IMG/VR virus record: IMGVR_UViG_3300027849_000014
Location: 1-59,488 of that record
DNA length: 59,488 nucleotides
Direction: 5' to 3' (one strand)
Source of the DNA: a virus
Taxonomy: Duplodnaviria > Caudoviricetes
Positions 7,324 through 13,870 of this stretch are shown here, piece after piece (within the stretch, counting starts at the first letter, position 1; each line of letters opens with the position of its first letter). Under the pieces are notes generated by a model. That model saw nothing but the letters and a program-made list of their open reading frames with translations, was not told the DNA's origin and ran no database searches. The translations under genes were made by a program, and so were the position numbers.

Positions 7324-7366
7324 ACAGGGATTGGAACGATAGGGGTGTTCGACTCACCCCCCCTGT
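7324..7366 (+). ncRNA. Mini-tRNA-like three-way junction 2 (canonical T-loop)
   Basis: ACAGGG [ATTG gaa CGAT] a [GGGGTG ttcgact CACCCC] CCCTGT, then ACTAAC; 12-bp stacked acceptor plus T helix as in tRNA, with no anticodon arm. Confidence 0.75.
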
Positions 7367-7391
7367 ACTAACTTAATTAAATTCAATACCT

Positions 7392-7481
7392 ATGGCTTAC
7401 TTTCCTTTACTTATCCTAGCTCTTGTGATAATCACAGCAGCTTTACTTTTTAAAAACCAAATCAAAAATTTCTTAAAATAA
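7392..7481 (+). CDS. Small single-pass membrane peptide (29 aa)
   Basis: Hand-translated MAYFPLLILALVIITAALLFKNQIKNFLK. Confidence 0.6.
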   Translation: MAYFPLLILALVIITAALLFKNQIKNFLK

Positions 7482-7487
7482 ATCACT

Positions 7488-7565
7488 ATGAAAAAAACGC
7501 TAAAAAAACTCAACACAATCCTAATCGAATTTGCTAACGGTGCTGCATTTGCACTAAGAAATTAA
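7488..7565 (+). CDS. Micro-ORF (25 aa)
   Basis: MKKTLKKLNTILIEFANGAAFALRN; start context taaatcactATG shared with the next ORF. Confidence 0.55.
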   Translation: MKKTLKKLNTILIEFANGAAFALRN

Positions 7566-7570
7566 TCACT

Positions 7571-7723
7571 ATGACAAACCTAGAAAAACTAGCTCAGTAC
7601 TACTACAACGAAGACAATTTATCAACCATCAAATTTGACAAGCACGGCAGACCGTACATCCAGAACAACGGACGTATCATGCTCTCCAGAAGAACAGAGT
7701 ACAGCTACAGCTTTGCTCACTAA
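7571..7723 (+). CDS. Small hypothetical protein (50 aa)
   Basis: MTNLEKLAQYYYNEDNLSTIKFDKHGRPYIQNNGRIMLSRRTEYSYSFAH; packed between neighbours. Confidence 0.65.
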   Translation: MTNLEKLAQYYYNEDNLSTIKFDKHGRPYIQNNGRIMLSRRTEYSYSFAH

Positions 7724-7728
7724 AATCA

Positions 7729-7781
7729 GGTTAACTGATGATTGCTAATTGCATGAAAGCCCCGTACAGGGGCTATTAACC
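7729..7781 (+). ncRNA. Type I hammerhead ribozyme HH1 (predicted cleavage after A7775)
   Basis: GGTTAA-CTGATGA-t TGC taatt GCA t-GAAA-GCCCC gtaca GGGGC-TA-TTAACC: complete CUGANGA/GAAA/UH core with stems I-III; intergenic. Confidence 0.87.
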
Positions 7782-7798
7782 AAATAACAACTAGAATT

Positions 7799-8038
7799 AT
7801 GAGTATCAAATCAAACATTTTAACTGAAATCTCTAAGACATTTCAAACAATCGGCTGGGACACAGCAGAGGCAAAGGGAAAGCTTACCAACGACACGGGC
7901 ATGATACCAGCAGCATTTGAGAAGGAGATGACCATAGAGTACATGAAGGCTAACAACGTACTGTACACGCTTGAGTCTATTGAAAACGATGTAAAAAAGA
8001 TAAAAATGCTAATAGAATTACTAAACGATAACAACTAG
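7799..8038 (+). CDS. Early hypothetical protein
   Basis: ORF track. Confidence 0.7.
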   Translation: MSIKSNILTEISKTFQTIGWDTAEAKGKLTNDTGMIPAAFEKEMTIEYMKANNVLYTLESIENDVKKIKMLIELLNDNN

Positions 8039-8042
8039 AGCT

Positions 8043-8255
8043 ATGAAAAGTTTAAACAACATCAAAGAGACGTTTGCTAAAGGAAATCAAAACGGTAAGC
8101 TAGAGCTAGGTCGCGTTACTTATTGGTTTAACCTTAATGAATTGAGAATTAATCAAGACCTTGATGGGTTTGCATCTAATAGAGCACCGCTATACTATGA
8201 TAATGAGGCTAAATTCTATGCGGCTGTAAAGAGAGTATTAAACAAACAAAACTAA
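8043..8255 (+). CDS. Early hypothetical protein
   Basis: ORF track. Confidence 0.7.
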   Translation: MKSLNNIKETFAKGNQNGKLELGRVTYWFNLNELRINQDLDGFASNRAPLYYDNEAKFYAAVKRVLNKQN

Positions 8256-8258
8256 ACT

Positions 8259-8498
8259 ATGACAATGTACAAAGTAGTAACAATAGACCAATTTGGTCTT
8301 AACGTAACACAGGAAGATGGGTTTAAAAACTCATCAGATGCACAGGAAGAGGCTAATGATTGCATCGAAAGATGGGGAGAACAATTTGGTCAGGATTTTT
8401 GGGTAGAGCCTTACGAACCAGAGCCATACAAGAAGCCAAGGGGATACAACAATAACGCAGTCGATGGCTGGGAAGACATTTATCAATTAGAAGAGTAA
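8259..8498 (+). CDS. Early acidic hypothetical protein
   Basis: ORF track; very D/E-rich. Confidence 0.7.
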   Translation: MTMYKVVTIDQFGLNVTQEDGFKNSSDAQEEANDCIERWGEQFGQDFWVEPYEPEPYKKPRGYNNNAVDGWEDIYQLEE

Positions 8499-8499
8499 C

Positions 8500-8583
8500 A
8501 CTACTCACCACTCTAGTGCAGTCAAAATAATGGTGTCCAACCTGACACTCAATCACTTGAGGTACGAAGGAAGTAAGAGTAGT
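8500..8583 (+). ncRNA. Unclassified multi-stem RNA element
   Basis: Closing helix ACTACTC(8500-06)/GAGTAGT(8577-83) encloses CTCAA-tcac-TTGAG and either GTGTC/GACAC or GTCA/TGAC helices; intergenic. Confidence 0.45.
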
Positions 8584-8587
8584 AATC

Positions 8588-8632
8588 ACAGGCGCTGTTG
8601 ACAGCCTTGAGCAGAGCAATACTGCTGCCTGT
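8588..8632 (+). ncRNA. Mini-tRNA-like three-way junction 3
   Basis: ACAGGC [GCTG ttga CAGC] cttg [AGCAG agcaata CTGCT] GCCTGT, then ATCTAAC; all helices Watson-Crick. Confidence 0.7.
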
Positions 8633-8653
8633 ATCTAACCAACACGATTAATT

Positions 8654-8893
8654 ATGAAATTAAAATTTAAAGTATGTGACCTAACGGGAGCAGTAGAGTC
8701 ATCTGGAATTATTGGAGATAACAACTACAATGTAGCACTACATGATGCCTCATTTTTTGGCAGCAACACTTTCATTGATAGGGGGTATAAGTATACTGTT
8801 TTCCAAAATGGATTTAAAACCAAGGAGAGTACTAAGTATCACGACCTAAGTGAATTAATGAACAAAGATATATCATTTTATATAAAATTTTAA
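8654..8893 (+). CDS. Early hypothetical protein
   Basis: ORF track. Confidence 0.7.
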   Translation: MKLKFKVCDLTGAVESSGIIGDNNYNVALHDASFFGSNTFIDRGYKYTVFQNGFKTKESTKYHDLSELMNKDISFYIKF

Positions 8894-8895
8894 CT

Positions 8896-9033
8896 ATGAA
8901 AGCACAAAACAACAGCGATGCTTACCTGAAGCTGCTACTAGACGAAGGTAGGATATCATTTAAAAATTATTTTTTTAGACAGGGCGCAGAGAAGCTGGGC
9001 ATTAAAACTTATGAATTAATTAACAACAGATAA
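8896..9033 (+). CDS. Small hypothetical protein (45 aa)
   Basis: Hand-translated MKAQNNSDAYLKLLLDEGRISFKNYFFRQGAEKLGIKTYELINNR; fills the gap. Confidence 0.65.
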   Translation: MKAQNNSDAYLKLLLDEGRISFKNYFFRQGAEKLGIKTYELINNR

Positions 9034-9037
9034 AACT

Positions 9038-9355
9038 ATGAAAACTAAAATCAAATTGAAAGAAGGATACGGACAGGGCTTTATGCCACTAGGCGCATCA
9101 TACAAAAACTACACAATGCTGGTAGCAATCGCTAACTACTCTGAAAACGGGGTGTGTTACAATGACGCAATGGAGATGCTGGACGAAGACACCAGCATAG
9201 AAAAGTACCACTCCAAAATTAGGCTTCTGGAGGGGCTAGGAGGCTTCATGAGGGCTGTATGCACAGAAGACTTTGCCTTGGCATGGAACAGGGCAGATGG
9301 CAGCAACAGAGACGCTCTTCTGGAGGCTTTAAAAAATAATGAGATAGAGCTATAA
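9038..9355 (+). CDS. Early hypothetical protein
   Basis: ORF track; C-terminal GGFMRAV...AWNRAD..N motif. Confidence 0.75.
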   Translation: MKTKIKLKEGYGQGFMPLGASYKNYTMLVAIANYSENGVCYNDAMEMLDEDTSIEKYHSKIRLLEGLGGFMRAVCTEDFALAWNRADGSNRDALLEALKNNEIEL

Positions 9356-9356
9356 A

Positions 9357-9409
9357 GGTTAACTGATGATTGCTAATTGCATGAAAGCCTCCTCTGGAGG
9401 CTATTAATC
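9357..9409 (+). ncRNA. Type I hammerhead ribozyme HH2 (predicted cleavage after A9403)
   Basis: GGTTAA-CTGATGA-t TGC taatt GCA t-GAAA-GCCTCC tct GGAGGC-TA-TTAATC; compensatory C-G to T-A change in stem III and G-C to G-U in stem I relative to HH1. Confidence 0.87.
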
Positions 9410-9421
9410 AAATCAAATACT

Positions 9422-9904
9422 ATGAAGACTACAATCAAATTATCAAACAAGATGGAAAGATACCAAGCAAGAAATGGGTATCACGTACAGGTTAATCTAA
9501 ACTACACCGCTACGGTCAGAAACCTTAGGGAGTTTGTTGAGTACATCAACAGCCCAGAGTCAGACCTTGACCTAGAGTTTTTTGGGAACATACTAAGCTA
9601 CGACAGTACAGTAGATGATGAGTTTAAGCACGGGCTTAACACAATCATAGCTGAGGTGAAGGGCTTTGCAGTGTTTAACGCACAGTTTAAGCACACTTAC
9701 ATCGAGTGTAAGGAAGAGAAGGAGACCATCAGCATAAAGACCAGCAACGGTAAGCTAATCACCTTCAGCGTGATGTACAATCAGTGCGTAGATGTAAAGT
9801 ACCACAACGGTCAGGATGATTTCAAAATAATTGGGTTTCATGGGGGGCAGACTCCTGTGCCACACACAGCCGTAACACTACAAACAATCTTATTAAACAA
9901 CTAG
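9422..9904 (+). CDS. Early hypothetical protein (start revised from 9377 to ATG 9422)
   Basis: The track start (TTG 9377) lies inside HH2; ATG 9422 has the usual aatactATG context. Confidence 0.7.
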   Translation: MKTTIKLSNKMERYQARNGYHVQVNLNYTATVRNLREFVEYINSPESDLDLEFFGNILSYDSTVDDEFKHGLNTIIAEVKGFAVFNAQFKHTYIECKEEKETISIKTSNGKLITFSVMYNQCVDVKYHNGQDDFKIIGFHGGQTPVPHTAVTLQTILLNN

Positions 9905-9908
9905 AATT

Positions 9909-10427
9909 ATGGAAAGAACTTTAAAATTTAAGACAGACAAAGCAACAGATTGGTACATCACCAAAGAGTTTGCAGACGACAAACACATGCGTAATTTTAT
10001 TGCGTATGTGTGCAGAACAAAGAAGGGATACACCCTTGACGAAGTATTTATTAATCAAACAGAGTATAAAACTTGTGACAGGTGTTGTTATGATATCGTA
10101 GATAATGACGGCGATATTATGGAACACGTTTGCACTGATGAAATTGAATTAAATTCAAGAGAGGACAACAAACTAATTGCAGAATTTATGGGTATGAAAT
10201 ATTCAGATGAAAAAAGTTTCAATAATGGAGAATGGACACATTCAATTAAATCATTGAGTAAATTTGAAACCTCTTGGGATTGGCTGATGCCTGTATGTCA
10301 ACAAATTGACAAATACCTAGAGGATAATATATCGCTGATAGGATACTTTGATGATTGCTTAAGGTCTAATGATATAGACGTAAGGTATCAAGCTGTAGTA
10401 GAATTTATTAATCAATTAGACAACTAA
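9909..10427 (+). CDS. Composite hypothetical protein with CxxC...HxC motif and C-terminal SWDWLMPV domain
   Basis: ORF track; C-terminal half is paralogous to the next gene. Confidence 0.75.
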   Translation: MERTLKFKTDKATDWYITKEFADDKHMRNFIAYVCRTKKGYTLDEVFINQTEYKTCDRCCYDIVDNDGDIMEHVCTDEIELNSREDNKLIAEFMGMKYSDEKSFNNGEWTHSIKSLSKFETSWDWLMPVCQQIDKYLEDNISLIGYFDDCLRSNDIDVRYQAVVEFINQLDN

Positions 10428-10431
10428 AATT

Positions 10432-10731
10432 ATGAAAGACAATAAACTAATAGCAGAATTTATGGGGCTATCAATCAAAGAGGGGGTATGTTACTATACT
10501 GACGCAGATGATATGTTCCCTATGGGTGTCGAGGTTGAAGAACCGCACCTACCCTACGACACCTCTTGGGATTGGCTTATGCCTGTGGTTGAGAAAATAT
10601 CAGATGCAAAATCATGGAGCATAAACGCAACATTAGAATGGTTAAGTGAAAGCCAAGATAGGGATGGTTTTTATGATAGGGATGGCATCTTCCAATCAGT
10701 AGTAGAATTTATTAATCAATTAAACAGATAG
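10432..10731 (+). CDS. Hypothetical protein, SWDWLMPV domain
   Basis: Shares DNKLIAEFMG, TSWDWLMPV and VVEFINQL with the upstream gene. Confidence 0.78.
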   Translation: MKDNKLIAEFMGLSIKEGVCYYTDADDMFPMGVEVEEPHLPYDTSWDWLMPVVEKISDAKSWSINATLEWLSESQDRDGFYDRDGIFQSVVEFINQLNR

Positions 10732-10735
10732 AGTT

Positions 10736-10909
10736 ATGAAAGAAATTGTAATACAAGAGATAGTAAAAAGACTAGAAATAGTACAGGAAGATTTAGAAAT
10801 GTTACAAGACGGGAGCTGGGAGCCAGATGACGAGTCTTGTGAGGCAAGTTTGCATAACCTTAATTATGCTATAAAAGAATTATCTAACAGTTTAAATTTA
10901 AAAAAATAA
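10736..10909 (+). CDS. Small hypothetical protein (57 aa)
   Basis: Hand-translated MKEIVIQEIVKRLEIVQEDLEMLQDGSWEPDDESCEASLHNLNYAIKELSNSLNLKK. Confidence 0.7.
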   Translation: MKEIVIQEIVKRLEIVQEDLEMLQDGSWEPDDESCEASLHNLNYAIKELSNSLNLKK

Positions 10910-10913
10910 AATT

Positions 10914-11993
10914 ATGAGCATCAAACACATCACACCGCTAGATTACAGATACATGGAAAACATTAGCTGGGAGAAAAAAGTATCATACGCAGAGGTAACC
11001 TTTACTGTGAGTACAGGGGCTATTGAGCAAACCATTAAAGCCAATGTAGACACCAACGGGAAAGGGCTTTACGAGGCGCTAGTAGACCAAAGAATAATTG
11101 CTGAGTCAGACCATGTAAGAAAGGAGATTAACAGCATGGTTAAGCGCAATGTTGACAAGTACTGCGAAAGAAAGATAAGGGTATACAAAAGCGGAGTAAG
11201 GATACACAACGAGCTTGTAGACCTTGTAGTAAAGGATAAAAGAACAACTGTCTGGGAGCCTGAGAAAAACAACGGGGCTGTGAAGCCTGAAGAGTTGGTT
11301 GTAAGAGACCGCGTAAGTAACCTAAGCAATGAGGAGTTTTCTGGTAGATTATCTGATGACTCTTACCCCGTATACATTACTGCTTGGGCACACCCATCAA
11401 TTACCAAAGAGCCCTGTAAGTGTTCAATAAATTTCTGGATGAAGGATAAAGACGATGTTACAGACATACCTTACAGCCTACCTGAGTTTACGTTAGGGCT
11501 CAGGTCTCTTGTCACGAATACTAATGACGGTGTGCTACGCAGAAAAGAACATATAATTGACCTTATATACTCTGATGACAGGGGTATGTACCACTCTTAC
11601 GTGATACAGGATACAGGCAGAAGGGTTAAGCTTAACACCTTCATAGCCATGGCTAGACAGTACAACAGAGAAAAGGAAGCCCTGATAAACAAGAGCTTGG
11701 TAGAGAATGTAAACTACAGAGAGGTGCTGGCTAAACTACAGGAGATGTACCCTGGGTTACCGATATCTAAGAAAGAGGTTTATCAGACCAGCTTTAACAG
11801 AGACTTCCATGGATACTGGGGCAGAAGAAGATACCTAAAGTGTATTGTTGTTGAGTTTCCTGACACGAGTCAGTTGTTTTACAACGAAGAGAAAGCATGC
11901 GAAGAGAAAGAGCTGGTAGTTTCAGGGATGCATGATGTTTCCCTTATGACACCTGAGCAAGCAGTAAAAAAATTAATTAATCAAAACAAATAG
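10914..11993 (+). CDS. Hypothetical protein (359 aa)
   Basis: Long ORF; no motif recognised. Confidence 0.8.
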   Translation: MSIKHITPLDYRYMENISWEKKVSYAEVTFTVSTGAIEQTIKANVDTNGKGLYEALVDQRIIAESDHVRKEINSMVKRNVDKYCERKIRVYKSGVRIHNELVDLVVKDKRTTVWEPEKNNGAVKPEELVVRDRVSNLSNEEFSGRLSDDSYPVYITAWAHPSITKEPCKCSINFWMKDKDDVTDIPYSLPEFTLGLRSLVTNTNDGVLRRKEHIIDLIYSDDRGMYHSYVIQDTGRRVKLNTFIAMARQYNREKEALINKSLVENVNYREVLAKLQEMYPGLPISKKEVYQTSFNRDFHGYWGRRRYLKCIVVEFPDTSQLFYNEEKACEEKELVVSGMHDVSLMTPEQAVKKLINQNK

Positions 11994-11996
11994 ACT

Positions 11997-12338
11997 ATGT
12001 TACACACAAGAAAATTTAACGGAAGAGAGTACACCATACAGAACGAGGGGTACAGCAACAGCAGAGGGTGGGGACACATCTCTAAGCTTTACATGAACGG
12101 CATGTACATGGGGCAAAGAAAAGTAAAGTACATCAACAGAACGTGGGAGTCCTACAGGTTTCGCTCATGCATGCAGATACTAATTCATGGCATGCTTGAG
12201 GACAGGATAGACATGCACCTTGCAGACTACAAGGAACAGAACGGCATCAAGAGATTAACAAAAAAACGTAGAGAGGAAGCCATGCAATTTGCAGACGACA
12301 GGATAGACGACTTAACAAATCTTTACAAATCAATATAA
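11997..12338 (+). CDS. Hypothetical protein (YINRTWESY motif)
   Basis: ORF track. Confidence 0.75.
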   Translation: MLHTRKFNGREYTIQNEGYSNSRGWGHISKLYMNGMYMGQRKVKYINRTWESYRFRSCMQILIHGMLEDRIDMHLADYKEQNGIKRLTKKRREEAMQFADDRIDDLTNLYKSI

Positions 12339-12350
12339 AAACAAACAGAT

Positions 12351-12785
12351 ATGAAACACGAAGTAATATGTTACGCAACAGGAGACGTTCTTTTTAAAAG
12401 CGTCTCCAGAAGAGAGTGCGGTCAATGGATAGACGACAACGACCTAGGCTTAGGCGATGTGTCAATAAAAGAAAAGCCTTTCACCTTTAAAGACCTAGTC
12501 TTTAAGAGCCACAAGGTATTCCCTAAGGCTTGGGCATCAAGGATGGAGTTCGACAACGGAACTTTTATATCTGTTGTTGGGGGACATGAGTTTCTTTACG
12601 GCAATGGGTTCTCAAGCTTTGAGGTTATGAGTACGGTGACAGATAGAAGGGGAGAGTTTGGCGGAGTAGATAGCTGGATGTCTGTAGAACAGATAACAAG
12701 AAGGATGAGATACCTTCAGGCGCTGCCTAAAACTATTGATACCAGAAAGAACGAAGGGGGATATCATATAATAACTAACAACTAA
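12351..12785 (+). CDS. Hypothetical protein
   Basis: ORF track; FDNG..ISVVGG...YG motif. Confidence 0.75.
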   Translation: MKHEVICYATGDVLFKSVSRRECGQWIDDNDLGLGDVSIKEKPFTFKDLVFKSHKVFPKAWASRMEFDNGTFISVVGGHEFLYGNGFSSFEVMSTVTDRRGEFGGVDSWMSVEQITRRMRYLQALPKTIDTRKNEGGYHIITNN

Positions 12786-12797
12786 ACACAAGAGACC

Positions 12798-12956
12798 ATG
12801 GTAAAAGACCAGCTATTTAAAGTAAAGCTTTCTAACTCTAAGGACAGTATCCTAGTCAGGACTAGGTACACCTTTGATTTACAGGAGGCAAGGAGATGGA
12901 AGACAGAGGCTCCATACGGTGAGATTATTAACGCTCAAAACAATAAGATACAATGA
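12798..12956 (+). CDS. Small hypothetical protein (52 aa)
   Basis: Hand-translated MVKDQLFKVKLSNSKDSILVRTRYTFDLQEARRWKTEAPYGEIINAQNNKIQ; ATGA overlap with the next ORF. Confidence 0.65.
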   Translation: MVKDQLFKVKLSNSKDSILVRTRYTFDLQEARRWKTEAPYGEIINAQNNKIQ

Positions 12957-13093
12957 AGATAAAACAGCACAAGGTGTTACCCTCAGGGGTACACTCGGTC
13001 ATAGACCAAGACAACGTAGTTCATATATTTACAGAGGAAGAGTTCAGGCAAATACATTGGTGGACAAGAGCCAAGATGTTCTTGGAGTTATGA
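12953..13093 (+). CDS. Small hypothetical protein (46 aa)
   Basis: Hand-translated MKIKQHKVLPSGVHSVIDQDNVVHIFTEEEFRQIHWWTRAKMFLEL. Confidence 0.65.
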   Translation: MKIKQHKVLPSGVHSVIDQDNVVHIFTEEEFRQIHWWTRAKMFLEL

Positions 13094-13111
13094 TAAATTA
13101 ATGTCAATTTG

Positions 13112-13142
13112 TTGTACTATTGATAAACATTCTGTAAATTTG
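13112..13142 (+). promoter_or_regulatory. Promoter TTG-N20-TAAATTTG for the recombination/replication operon
   Basis: Both Bacteroidota boxes at canonical spacing in an intergenic gap. Confidence 0.78.
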
Positions 13143-13178
13143 CAGTTCATTAAATACTAATAAATAAACTAAAATCAA

Positions 13179-13481
13179 ATGCACTATTCAATTTTTAAAG
13201 AGTACCAGTCTCAGGTATCTGAGCTGTATGATGTCAACCAAGACGAGATATTTACCAAGAGCAAGCGAAGAGATATAGTAGACGCAAGGCAGATGCTGTA
13301 CTATCTATGCTCCGAAAGACCTATGCGTGTTAGATATATAAAGCAGTACATGGCAGACCACGGGTATAGCGTAGGTCACTCTACAATTATACATGGAATA
13401 AAATTAATAAGACAAAGAGCTGAGCACGATGAAGACTTGATGTCTATAATTAAAACAATAAAATCATGTGTAATAATTTAG
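13179..13481 (+). CDS. DnaA C-terminal (domain IV)-like HTH protein
   Basis: SKRRDIVDARQMLYYLC...HSTIIHG resembles DnaA R....V..RQ.AMYL...DHTTVLH. Confidence 0.75.
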   Translation: MHYSIFKEYQSQVSELYDVNQDEIFTKSKRRDIVDARQMLYYLCSERPMRVRYIKQYMADHGYSVGHSTIIHGIKLIRQRAEHDEDLMSIIKTIKSCVII

Positions 13482-13870
13482 AGAATGTTTTTCAGGAGGC
13501 AGCGATTGACAGGATGTCTGTCAGTTTAGACGGATATGGATACGACTCATTGCTGTACCTCGGTTGTAAGATAACCAAAGACAAGGAGCTGGGTGATGTA
13601 GTGATACAGAACGTATCTCTTGGTGGAGATTATTATAAGAAAATATCTCACGAAGAGGAGAAGGTCTTCATTGATAAGGGCTGGAGATACGGGGTGTATA
13701 GCCTATGTGTAAATACTTATAAGGCAAAGCTCGACACGATTGAGCTAGGGATTAAGGATGAGATGAACACTAAGCAGAACCCTAAAAGAATTAAGCACCT
13801 AAAAAATCACAGAGAAAGATTATTAAAAAAGTATAATAAAATTAATTTAAAACTAAACAATTATGAGTAA
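13466..13870 (+). CDS. Hypothetical protein
   Basis: ORF track. Confidence 0.7.
   Translation: MCNNLENVFQEAAIDRMSVSLDGYGYDSLLYLGCKITKDKELGDVVIQNVSLGGDYYKKISHEEEKVFIDKGWRYGVYSLCVNTYKAKLDTIELGIKDEMNTKQNPKRIKHLKNHRERLLKKYNKINLKLNNYE

Noticed and set aside
7324-7370. Conventional tRNA gene or integration attP
   Set aside because: Only ~43 nt with no anticodon arm or CCA; no integrase recognised in the genome; two structural homologues argue for a distinct element.
8500-8583. SAM-I, glycine riboswitch, SRP, twister or twister-sister assignment
   Set aside because: Only short fragments resemble those consensuses; the required core nucleotides and pseudoknots could not be placed.
9377-9421. ORF-track N-terminal extension MHESLLWRLLIKSNT
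   Set aside because: Starts at a TTG inside hammerhead HH2; ATG 9422 has the typical start context.
12874-13101. Track ORF of 75 aa
   Set aside because: Off-frame shadow of two better, ATGA-coupled ORFs (12798-12956, 12953-13093).
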